Positions 14,959 to 22,825 of a stretch of DNA of 64,000 nucleotides are shown piece by piece (position 1 is the stretch's first letter; the number at the start of each line of letters is the position of its first letter). The notes beneath the pieces were generated by a model. That model made no database searches and was not told the origin of the DNA. It saw only the letters and a program-made list of their open reading frames with translations. Both the position numbers and the translations under genes were made by a program. The DNA comes from a virus, in IMG/VR virus record IMGVR_UViG_3300038301_000548, positions 1 to 64,000 of that record; one strand, written 5' to 3'.

Positions 14959-15145
14959 TTGTTTTTTTCTTTACTCTTTTAAGCATCCACCTGGGAAAAT
15001 CCTGGTATCGACTATGCTCATCCCAGGCGATATAAACTCTGAACCAATTTTCGTCGATCTGTGAAAAAATTACACCCTTCGTGGATTTTGGATACACTGT
15101 ATCGTTACCTGCAACAATATAAACCAAATCTCCAACTTTTACCAC
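14945..15145 (-). CDS. Array cassette gene 1 (5'-most)
   Basis: VKVGDLVYI with non-junction codons at its start; ends KKTNESR* in a junction. Confidence 0.75.
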   Translation of the reverse strand: MVKVGDLVYIVAGNDTVYPKSTKGVIFSQIDENWFRVYIAWDEHSRYQDFPRWMLKRVKKKTNESR

Positions 15146-15525
15146 TCTGGAAAATCCGCAAATAATCCCTCTAGAGAAGGGGTGCCGAAGGTTACTTTCC
15201 CTGGTGAGTCAGATTCTTTCTTATTCTTTTGTCGAGTCATTTCATGCGTTTCCAATATGCCGAGGGCCTGTACAACAGGGTGAGTCGGGTCGGCGGATAA
15301 ATATACTCTCACCTTTTCTCCATTGTGCATTGTGATTACCGGGTCTCCGTTACGGACAACCACATGCTTGACCACCTCTACAGAAGTCATTGGCTTTGAA
15401 AGGCTTAGCTTCTTTGAGTTATAGCTTTTTCCTCGTGAAAACTCAAACAGGCCGCGAGAATTGCATTTTATTATCTCTCTCTCGTCATACATGAGAAATG
15501 ATATGTGTTTTATTTTGTAATTCAC
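15139..15525 (-). CDS. Hypothetical protein
   Basis: 128-aa ORF overlapping both neighbours. Confidence 0.6.
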   Translation of the reverse strand: MNYKIKHISFLMYDEREIIKCNSRGLFEFSRGKSYNSKKLSLSKPMTSVEVVKHVVVRNGDPVITMHNGEKVRVYLSADPTHPVVQALGILETHEMTRQKNKKESDSPGKVTFGTPSLEGLFADFPEW

Positions 15526-16184
15526 CCTCTTTTCCTCTTTAAGTCTGACTCATGCGCAAATATTGTGGAGACATCACCAGTAAGTAGTATACTGTAAATC
15601 CTGGAGCCTGCCGCGGCTCGAGTGACCGGTTTTGAATCGATGCCTATCACAAATCCTACTTTGTTTTTTTCATAGTTTCGACACATCTTATTGGGATGGC
15701 TTGTTTCAGGGTTGTAGTTTGCCAAATCCAATCGATTATTGGATCTTATTTGTATGCAATCTCCCTTCTGGAATTTCAACTCCTTTCTATGTATCTCTCT
15801 AATTTTTTTAGCATACTTGTTGCAACAGAACTTATTCCAATCTCTCTTTGTGAGAGTGAAGTGCTGTGGATTGCTCAATATAGTGCTTACATAATTGGAA
15901 TAGTAAGGGGGGTTGGCACTATAGTATTTTGCAACCTGTAAGGCTTCGTCGCGGTGGCGCTGACTAAACCCATCAGCCCACAACTCTTCTTCTTCCATTA
16001 CTTCTGAGTTATATTTCTGATAGATGATTCCCAACCATCTCTCTTGGCCAAAGCTGAATTCTGACTTGTAGTCACTCTGGGCAATCAGGGAAGATATAAA
16101 TGTGGATTCTCTCTCCAACAAGAAAGAGGACCACTTCTCTAAAAATGACTGCAAATATTCTTTAGAGTTTTTGTCCTTGCTCAT
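15522..16184 (-). CDS. Hypothetical protein with a C-terminal KOW/SH3-like domain
   Basis: FQKGDCIQI...VGFVI...YSIL...HESDLK at the C-terminus. Confidence 0.65.
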   Translation of the reverse strand: MSKDKNSKEYLQSFLEKWSSFLLERESTFISSLIAQSDYKSEFSFGQERWLGIIYQKYNSEVMEEEELWADGFSQRHRDEALQVAKYYSANPPYYSNYVSTILSNPQHFTLTKRDWNKFCCNKYAKKIREIHRKELKFQKGDCIQIRSNNRLDLANYNPETSHPNKMCRNYEKNKVGFVIGIDSKPVTRAAAGSRIYSILLTGDVSTIFAHESDLKRKRG

Positions 16185-16351
16185 ACGTTAGCCTTTCGGA
16201 GGCTGGATCTTAAGGTTTTTAAGGTTTTTGTTTGGGTGGCCCACAAGACCGATACGATGGCATCACCGCCGAATATATTAGAGTCAATTATTTTTAAAAG
16301 TACTCCAGGGGTAGTCTCCCCTCTAGTAATAACTAAATCGCCAGGTTTCAT
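16181..16351 (-). CDS. Dispersed MKPGDLV-family protein (56 aa; not in track)
   Basis: MKPGDLVITRGETTPGVLLKII...VSVLW...; after the promoter at 16378-16406. Confidence 0.7.
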   Translation of the reverse strand: MKPGDLVITRGETTPGVLLKIIDSNIFGGDAIVSVLWATQTKTLKTLRSSLRKANV

Positions 16352-16377
16352 ATACGCTCCTTCATTGTTATAATAAT

Positions 16378-16406
16378 ATATTACACTATTTTTTAAGAAA
16401 AGTCAA
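16378..16406 (-). promoter_or_regulatory. sigma70-type promoter
   Basis: TTGACT-N17-TAATAT. Confidence 0.7.
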
Positions 16407-16587
16407 TAATATTATTGCTTTAACTCGCTAATATCGTATATTAGTTCACTACAATGGTACCAGCCCATGGGGGCGCTGGGATTGGCCCAAATCATGAAGC
16501 CCATAAAGTCTTTAACCCCCAAGCACTGGCCATGGCAACCGAACCTGGTGGAGTAGAAGATGGTATTTCTCTTGAGTTTGCCTTTCT

Positions 16588-16845
16588 TCATTCTTGACCG
16601 TAAGTTGTGGGCATCTCCTTGACTAAATTAATAAATTCTTTATTTTTTCTGGTTACTTTGCCCGGGCGCGTTCTCTTAATCGATTCAGAGGGCAACTCTG
16701 CCCATTCGCCGTTGACTGGGAAATAGACTAAGTGCTTTCCTGAAGCTTCGTCAGTCTTCAGGAAAATTCCCTTTTCCCCCTTTATATCCAAATCAAAGAG
16801 ATCATAACTTACTATGACCTTCACTTCTTCGCCGCGGGTTATCAC
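16588..16845 (-). CDS. Hypothetical SH3-like protein
   Basis: RGEEVKV...KGIFL...HLVYF. Confidence 0.6.
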   Translation of the reverse strand: MITRGEEVKVIVSYDLFDLDIKGEKGIFLKTDEASGKHLVYFPVNGEWAELPSESIKRTRPGKVTRKNKEFINLVKEMPTTYGQE

Positions 16846-16849
16846 GTTG

Positions 16850-17113
16850 CTAATCCTTTCTTAAAAGCGTGTCTGTAATAGTTTGAACACACTGAAGCCT
16901 TTCAGACTCATCGGCCATACAATATGCAGACTTTTCTTCGAGAATTGTCCTTATGAGAATAAAGGTTTTCTCATAATCATTTTTTGCGTCGGCCATCTTC
17001 TTCGAGTCCAAGTCGTCGACAATGAAACCTTCGACTTCTCGCTGGGCACCTTTAGGTCCGGTGGTTGAGGATTTCCATTTATACCCTTTTCCCATCCTAA
17101 TATTATTCATCAT
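16850..17113 (-). CDS. Hypothetical protein
   Basis: Packed ORF on the coding strand. Confidence 0.55.
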   Translation of the reverse strand: MMNNIRMGKGYKWKSSTTGPKGAQREVEGFIVDDLDSKKMADAKNDYEKTFILIRTILEEKSAYCMADESERLQCVQTITDTLLRKD

Positions 17114-17303
17114 GATTCTCCGTTTCGTTAGCTAAAATGAGGAGAGTGTCCGCTAGCTCAAAGGCAGAATCAATATCCAAATCAATTCGGTGAGTGTTTC
17201 CTAAAAGTATTGTAACTGAATTGTTTTCATTGAACACTTCTGTGAGTATCATATCACCCTCTGGTGTGTTGATGTAAAATTGTTTTTTGCTTGTTAATGA
17301 CAC
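17103..17303 (-). CDS. Hypothetical protein
   Basis: Packed ORF with SD GGAG. Confidence 0.55.
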   Translation of the reverse strand: MSLTSKKQFYINTPEGDMILTEVFNENNSVTILLGNTHRIDLDIDSAFELADTLLILANETENHDE

Positions 17304-17324
17304 TTATTTCTCCGTTTTAGTAAA

Positions 17325-17525
17325 CTATACTAGCTGCTCTTCGCTACCAAAAGAATAAAGCTTCCAGTATTTATATTTTATTATGTTGCCCTCTAGCAGA
17401 CCTGATTGCATTAGAACATTGTAGGAGTCCTTTCCTATTTTTCCTACTATGGTTCCCTTCACATTCAGGGGTTTGCCAAAAGGAAAGTCTCGAATCCAGA
17501 CTTCATCTCCCTTTACAAATTCCAT
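17325..17525 (-). CDS. Dispersed KOW/SH3-like protein
   Basis: FVKGDEVWI...KGTIVG...YNVL. Confidence 0.6.
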   Translation of the reverse strand: MEFVKGDEVWIRDFPFGKPLNVKGTIVGKIGKDSYNVLMQSGLLEGNIIKYKYWKLYSFGSEEQLV

Positions 17526-17551
17526 ACTATTAATTAGTATGGACTTCTAGA

Positions 17552-18478
17552 TTATTGTTCTAGAAGGATTTTTCTGTATTTCAAAAGAGCACGTTCTTTC
17601 ATTTTGCATTCAAGCATCATATCATAGTCTACGCCGTATCTGTCGACTCTGTTGTAGATATAATCAGAGTGTGCTTGGACTCTGATCTTCTCATCTCGCT
17701 GCTCCTCGCGACGGGACTCCGAAAGGTGAACAACGGGCTTGATACCCTTTGGCCACGTCGAAGCTGCAAGTCGAACTGCTTCTTCTTCCGTCTGCCCATT
17801 GCGGCAGAAGCGGAAATGATGATAGTCAAACACGATTGGCACCTTTACTTTCTTGTATATGTAGCCGTAAAGGTGCCTAACAGACCACATGGACGCTTTA
17901 TCGTCGTTTTCCAGAGTAAGCCTAGCCCTCGTGCCTTCGTCCAGTCTAAGGAAGTTTTTGCACCATCTGCGGGCAGTGCCTTCAAAGTCTCCACCATATG
18001 TACCACCAACGTGAATGTTAATCTTGTTGTAGTGACTAGGGGCAAAACCCATAAGATCAAAGATTTTCGAATGACCGTTTAGTTCCTTGATAGCTTTGTC
18101 TGCAACTGACTGCCTTGGTGAACCAAGGACGTTGAAGGGGCCAGGGTGAAAGGTTAACCTGTGGTTATTACGGGTGGCATATTCTCCGGCAAGGTCTAAA
18201 TGATAGCAGATCTCATTGTAATCAGGAAGATCACTGAACTCGTATTCAGACATCCAGGGGAAGATGTCTGAGGACATACGATAAAACTTGATACCATTTT
18301 TTTCATTCCACTCAAGGATTTTTTTGAGGTCTTTGATATTCTGTAGTGCGAGTTCTGATACATAAGATAAACCTTTCGCCTGAAAGGTTCTTTTAATCAT
18401 TGAACGGTTGGTGGTGATGCGCCTAGACTTAGGTACATCTGATAGGGTCATGTTTATACAGGCGTATCCGTAATTCAT
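17552..18478 (-). CDS. uvsE: UV-damage endonuclease (UvsE/UvdE)
   Basis: GYACIN, FYRMSSDIFP, HPGPF, IHVGG, LENDD, FDYHH, AHSDY, ECKMKE motifs. Confidence 0.95.
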   Translation of the reverse strand: MNYGYACINMTLSDVPKSRRITTNRSMIKRTFQAKGLSYVSELALQNIKDLKKILEWNEKNGIKFYRMSSDIFPWMSEYEFSDLPDYNEICYHLDLAGEYATRNNHRLTFHPGPFNVLGSPRQSVADKAIKELNGHSKIFDLMGFAPSHYNKINIHVGGTYGGDFEGTARRWCKNFLRLDEGTRARLTLENDDKASMWSVRHLYGYIYKKVKVPIVFDYHHFRFCRNGQTEEEAVRLAASTWPKGIKPVVHLSESRREEQRDEKIRVQAHSDYIYNRVDRYGVDYDMMLECKMKERALLKYRKILLEQ

Positions 18479-18506
18479 GATTGTTCCTTGTTGTGGTTGT
18501 TTATAA

Positions 18507-18535
18507 AGTATAGCTTAATTTTTATGAAATGTCAA
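18507..18535 (-). promoter_or_regulatory. sigma70-type promoter
   Basis: TTGACA-N17-TATACT upstream of uvsE. Confidence 0.85.
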
Positions 18536-18544
18536 CATAAATTG

Positions 18545-18618
<74 letters not shown>

Positions 18619-18630
18619 AAAAAATTCTTA

Positions 18631-19191
18631 TTATATTTTCTCTAACTCTCTTACGAGGGAGTGTTTATAACACACTGGTTGGTAGGATTCTGCTCCGCCC
18701 ACAAGTACTTCTTTATCTTCTTTACAAAGACGCTCTGTATAATAGGCATCTCTATCACACTTAGCACACACGGCAGGGCATATCTCTATACTGGTTGCCC
18801 AAGGCATTATATCCTTGACTTCATCAAACGGCACATACCCGGTGGGTTGTGAGGATAACTGGAGACTAGATATTAGAATGGTTTTACCCTGGCGATACAA
18901 GTCGAAACAAGCACGAGCTGAACCTGGAATCATAAATAATTCGTCTACGGCTACAACATCATGCAGGGCCCCTTGTTCTAATATCTCTGCTCCTGACTTG
19001 ACCAGTATAGAAGTATGCTCCTGACCTTTGTGTGTTACCACCTTACTATCAGAATATCTATCGTCGATGTTTGGCTTAAACAAGATAGTAGTTTTCTTTT
19101 GAAACCTGTATCTTTCAAGTGCCGCAAGCATTCTTGTGGTCTTGCCACCAAACATTGGTCCGGTAAATATTTTGAGTTCAGGTGATTTCAC
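18631..19191 (-). CDS. tdk: Thymidine kinase (type II)
   Basis: GPMFGGKTT P-loop, VDELF, CAKC...YQPVCYKH; start re-called to GTG 19191 just after the upstream stop. Confidence 0.92.
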   Translation of the reverse strand: MKSPELKIFTGPMFGGKTTRMLAALERYRFQKKTTILFKPNIDDRYSDSKVVTHKGQEHTSILVKSGAEILEQGALHDVVAVDELFMIPGSARACFDLYRQGKTILISSLQLSSQPTGYVPFDEVKDIMPWATSIEICPAVCAKCDRDAYYTERLCKEDKEVLVGGAESYQPVCYKHSLVRELEKI

Positions 19192-19192
19192 T

Positions 19193-19666
19193 TTAGAGGT
19201 CGATCGAGAAAGAACCGTCGTCGTGGTCAACGGACGCGGTCCACCCGCTGGCGGCGTGTGGCGACTTTTTAAGATTGCCAAGCGTTGTCGTCAACTCTGA
19301 CGATACTGTGCACTTTCCTCTCTTATAGTCGTATTGCTCAATACTGCACTCAATCAAACTGTCAAGGTCCATAAAATTCTCTTTAATTTGTTCGACTACA
19401 TAGCCGTCAAAATCAAAAGACCCTCTCTCATAACCTTCCAGGTAATCTCCGTCCCGAAGTACATCAATGGCGGCTTCGTCTCCGAAACTTGTTTTGACGC
19501 TCAGGTCTGGGTCTAGGATTAATCCCATAACTCGATCGGCTGTGCAAGTCTGCTCAACTGATTGTTCCTCTAGGTCCCCTGTGCTGTGCCAACCCTCGTG
19601 GTGATCCTCGTAAGTTAGGGTCACAATCGTGTCGTCATTTCCAGGGATCTTGTTTACTTTGCTCAT
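19193..19666 (-). CDS. Acidic hypothetical protein
   Basis: SD AAGGAG; follows the promoter at 19712-19740. Confidence 0.7.
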   Translation of the reverse strand: MSKVNKIPGNDDTIVTLTYEDHHEGWHSTGDLEEQSVEQTCTADRVMGLILDPDLSVKTSFGDEAAIDVLRDGDYLEGYERGSFDFDGYVVEQIKENFMDLDSLIECSIEQYDYKRGKCTVSSELTTTLGNLKKSPHAASGWTASVDHDDGSFSIDL

Positions 19667-19711
19667 ATTTTCTCCTTTATAGTTAAAAGCAATTTCTCAA
19701 TTCGTATTAAT

Positions 19712-19740
19712 ATACTACGATATTTTTAAGTTAAAGTCAA
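19712..19740 (-). promoter_or_regulatory. sigma70-type promoter
   Basis: TTGACT-N17-TAGTAT. Confidence 0.7.
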
Positions 19741-19743
19741 CAA

Positions 19744-20781
19744 CTAAATCTTAAATTTTTTCTTATATTTTGCATATGTTTTTACCAGTTCTGATTTAGA
19801 GATGCTGGGGTTTCCGGACGTGTCATATTTGAATCCCATATGATTCGGATCAGCAGCCGGGCTAAATTCGCCTTTCCACATTCTCTTGAATATCTCTGCG
19901 GCGGATTCCGATAAAGTCTTTATGAAATAATGACTGGGAGTTCTTAGGCCTTTTTCGTCTGGGCCAATCGTGTCAAACACTTTTCCAGCTAGGGCACCAA
20001 CTCGGCGAATGGCAATGTTCGCGTCGAGGCGGTCCATAAAACTGAAGTCTGGGTGCGTGAGCGGCTCAACTATCTTTGGGCGCTTTTCTTTCCTACGAGA
20101 CCACACCTGAAATACACACGGTACATCGTAGTCTTCCTTTGATCCGCCTAGGTCTTCGATGTAAAAAGAATTCTCAGGCAGGATTATCTCTTTTTCTAGC
20201 CAAAAATTCATATTAATTCTGTTTGTTAAAGTTGCTTTGCGGAATGTCCGCGGCAATATAAATGCTATCTTGCTTGCATACTTGGAAGAGTGTTGAAAAA
20301 AGTCTACCGCTAACTTTGAGTTGTTGCCAAATGGCGGGTTTCCAACAACTGCAATCTTCTCCCCTCTACTGTTTGCAAAATCATAATCAAAAAAGTCACC
20401 CTCTTCAATTTCTGGTATTTTTGGGTCTATATCAATTCCGTATCTTTTCTCTGCCGGCAGTAGATTGAAAAAATCTCCATGACCAGCAGAAGGTTCGACG
20501 ATAAAATCAAAACCAGTGAGGTCGACATTCGTGATACACATCTTTGCAATTTCCGGCTTTGTGTAGTATTGTCCGTTCTCATCTGCGTAGAATGCGGACT
20601 TGGTGCCGTATAACTTTGCATGGAGCGTTTTCGCACTGTTTTTGAGCTTTATTGATTTTGAGCTTTTTGCGAATGTCTCTATCGTCCGAAATAAAGTGTC
20701 TTTATCACATTTAGATAGCAGATCTGTAAAGTCATTAAAATTTGTATTGTCTAGCTCTTCTTGCGTAAAATATTTATTCAC
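19744..20781 (-). CDS. DNA amino-methyltransferase (gamma-class N6-adenine type)
   Basis: QYYT, EPSAGHGDF (motif I), GNPPFG (motif IV), FILP, AIRRVG. Confidence 0.88.
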   Translation of the reverse strand: MNKYFTQEELDNTNFNDFTDLLSKCDKDTLFRTIETFAKSSKSIKLKNSAKTLHAKLYGTKSAFYADENGQYYTKPEIAKMCITNVDLTGFDFIVEPSAGHGDFFNLLPAEKRYGIDIDPKIPEIEEGDFFDYDFANSRGEKIAVVGNPPFGNNSKLAVDFFQHSSKYASKIAFILPRTFRKATLTNRINMNFWLEKEIILPENSFYIEDLGGSKEDYDVPCVFQVWSRRKEKRPKIVEPLTHPDFSFMDRLDANIAIRRVGALAGKVFDTIGPDEKGLRTPSHYFIKTLSESAAEIFKRMWKGEFSPAADPNHMGFKYDTSGNPSISKSELVKTYAKYKKKFKI

Positions 20782-21226
20782 AGAATAACTCCTTTCTTTT
20801 TGTTTTTGTTATTGTTGCTTTTGGGTACTCTTCTAGAAGCGCGGCGCCGTCTTTGAAAATAACCTTAACTTGCGGAAAATCAATAATATCACAACAAATA
20901 TATACTAACTCTGCGGCGTGCTTATGTGTGGTCTCATAACAAAACTTTCTGCCAGACCCTAGCTGGTTTGAGGGCATAAATTTTAAACCTCTACTTGTAA
21001 AGTTCTTTGCATCATACTTTTGATTAGTTTGGTCGATGTGGTCATAACCCTTACATCTTTTTATGTGGGTAAGTTCCGGGAACCAATGTGTCAGTTGAGG
21101 TTCAAGAAAGTGCGAAGCTACTCGACCATCTTTGAGGAGGTCGATAACCATGGCGCGTGAGAGTGTCCCAAATGAGAAATTTTTAATTGTAAAGTTAAAA
21201 ACCTTATTTTTAATAATCTTGTGCAT
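20774..21226 (-). CDS. Putative PD-(D/E)XK restriction endonuclease
   Basis: GYDHID...YDAK fits D-xn-(D/E)xK; 8-nt overlap with the methyltransferase. Confidence 0.5.
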   Translation of the reverse strand: MHKIIKNKVFNFTIKNFSFGTLSRAMVIDLLKDGRVASHFLEPQLTHWFPELTHIKRCKGYDHIDQTNQKYDAKNFTSRGLKFMPSNQLGSGRKFCYETTHKHAAELVYICCDIIDFPQVKVIFKDGAALLEEYPKATITKTKRKELFCE

Positions 21227-21260
21227 AACAGCTAACCTTGCTTTTTTAGTCTAGTAACTT

Positions 21261-21289
21261 ACTATACTATGATTAGCAGCAAAAGTCAA
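21261..21289 (-). promoter_or_regulatory. sigma70-type promoter
   Basis: TTGACT-N17-TATAGT. Confidence 0.75.
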
Positions 21290-21297
21290 TCAATATT

Positions 21298-21603
21298 TTA
21301 CTGAAAGTAGTGACAATTTTCTTCTTGCCATTGTAGCGACAAGGGTGGCGAGCACTGGTCCCTCTCTAGGAGCCAGCAGAATGCTTTATGGTTTCTACCC
21401 TCATGGGACCAGAAGCACTCTTCCTCGCATGGTTGGCCGTGGGCTGCGGACAGTGGGTTATAACAAATCCACACCCTTGAAGAATTTTCTAAGAGAAGCG
21501 CATCAACGGCCTCGGTCGAAGCATCAAGGTCCGAAACTTCGGCTGCGGGGTCATCGCAGCTAAGAAATAAAAAAATTATACAAAAAATTATTATTTTATA
21601 CAT
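21298..21603 (-). CDS. Cys-rich putative lipoprotein
   Basis: Hydrophobic N-terminus with the lipobox-like FLSC; several Cys. Confidence 0.6.
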   Translation of the reverse strand: MYKIIIFCIIFLFLSCDDPAAEVSDLDASTEAVDALLLENSSRVWICYNPLSAAHGQPCEEECFWSHEGRNHKAFCWLLERDQCSPPLSLQWQEENCHYFQ

Positions 21604-21609
21604 CGTTAA

Positions 21610-21963
21610 TCACAGATATTTAATCCAAGAATATCTTCTTCTTTCTGTCAGATAATCCTTATTGCATTCATTGGAGTATGCCTCTCTCTCGAAGGGGTTT
21701 TCGCGATACGATTTAACCCCGCTGCGGTATTTGACTAATCCAATGAGCCAGAACGATAAATAGAATAGAAAAAAGAAAATAAAAGCCATTTCTAACTGCT
21801 GCTGGAAATGAACGGTTTCATGCCTCTTGGTTACGGGCGACATATACCCCCTTGAAAAGACGAAGCCCATTAAAGATATCGCACCTATCTCAATAGGTGA
21901 AATCTTTGATAGCCACACAGGAATGCGACTATTCTCTATAAACATGGGCTTCCAGCTCTTCAT
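21610..21963 (-). CDS. Small HExxH membrane-associated protein
   Basis: KRHETVHFQQQLE, TM segment, PFEREAY. Confidence 0.65.
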   Translation of the reverse strand: MKSWKPMFIENSRIPVWLSKISPIEIGAISLMGFVFSRGYMSPVTKRHETVHFQQQLEMAFIFFFLFYLSFWLIGLVKYRSGVKSYRENPFEREAYSNECNKDYLTERRRYSWIKYL

Positions 21964-22385
21964 CTCTCTACAACCACTAGTGTGCCTGGATTATGGACGC
22001 TCTCTATTCCACAGTGCCACCCATACTCCTTCACGATACGATCCACAAGATACTTCATCTGATCTGAGTTTCCTGTTATTATCTTACATGGTAGTTCTAC
22101 AAAATTTAAGAAGTTTTTTACTTCTTCTTCTACATTGAGGTGCTTGACACCGTGTAAGTCTAGGCTTCTCATCTTATTTTGCACTCTTCTTCTTTTTTTG
22201 CTCCCGTAAGCTATCGACACTTCAGAAGACTTATTATCAAAATTGCTCCACAAGGTTTCTTTCTTCGACCGGTTGATGTGACCTCCTAAAAAATAATATA
22301 TATATTTAGGCGTCACCTTGGTCACTACTGCGGCTCTTGGGCCGGCGGTGATCATATCACCCTTTCTAATTTTATAACCCTTCAA
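21960..22385 (-). CDS. Smr-domain protein with an N-terminal SH3-like domain
   Basis: SLDLHG...KIITG...NPGTLVV. Confidence 0.75.
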   Translation of the reverse strand: MKGYKIRKGDMITAGPRAAVVTKVTPKYIYYFLGGHINRSKKETLWSNFDNKSSEVSIAYGSKKRRRVQNKMRSLDLHGVKHLNVEEEVKNFLNFVELPCKIITGNSDQMKYLVDRIVKEYGWHCGIESVHNPGTLVVVER

Positions 22386-22681
22386 CTTTGCTCCTTTATA
22401 TTTTCTTTTTTCTCTAACTTAAATAGCCAATTGGTTGAGACGAAACCAAGCGAGTCATTAACTCGGTTTTGTTTAGACACCATTTTGGCAAAAAAGTTTT
22501 GATATTTTGTACCGGGTTGCATCATCACTAGTCCCAGCTCCCTATGATTTTTGCCTTTAGATTCATCTTTGTATACATCTATTATCTCCAGAAGGACACC
22601 CACCCATTCTTTCCCATGTAGAAGGTGGTATACCAGATCTCCAACCTTTATCTCTCTGGTGTTCGATATCTTCTTCCGCAT
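22382..22681 (-). CDS. Dispersed KVGDLV-family protein
   Basis: IKVGDLVYH...VGVLLE. Confidence 0.65.
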   Translation of the reverse strand: MRKKISNTREIKVGDLVYHLLHGKEWVGVLLEIIDVYKDESKGKNHRELGLVMMQPGTKYQNFFAKMVSKQNRVNDSLGFVSTNWLFKLEKKENIKEQS

Positions 22682-22825
22682 AATAAGTAATTACCCCTAG
22701 AGTAATTAATGAGAAGATCCAAAGAATCACAATAATCGGCATAATTTTATTTAATAAATCGCACATAATAATTTAAAGTCATTGAAAACAATATAGCTAT
22801 TAATGCAATCCAAGGGTGTTTTATA

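Larger units (their letters stand above)
11687..14959 (-). repeat. 19 interspersed copies of the junction repeat RGTGAAAGTCGGTGAYTTRGT
   Basis: Plus-strand tcaccgactttcac(t)/variants start at 11687, 11835, 12016, 12203, 12375, 12550, 12784, 12974, 13119, 13288, 13535, 13725, 13861, 14054, 14224, 14462, 14619, 14773, 14945; spacing 136-247 nt. Confidence 0.95.

Noticed and set aside
11687-14959. CRISPR array
   Set aside because: The inter-repeat segments are about 120-230 nt, variable in length and protein-coding; the repeat is not palindromic; no cas genes are in the window.
11530-15145. Classical integron or diversity-generating retroelement
   Set aside because: There are no attC-like imperfect inverted repeats, no tyrosine integrase or reverse transcriptase in the window, and no template/variable repeat pair differing only at adenines. 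A trans-acting enzyme outside the window cannot be excluded.
22563-22766. Second ORF overlapping 22382-22681 by 119 nt
   Set aside because: Only its 5' TM-coding part is plausible and the overlapped tail looks like off-frame read-through; there is not enough support to call it a feature or a dual-coding finding.
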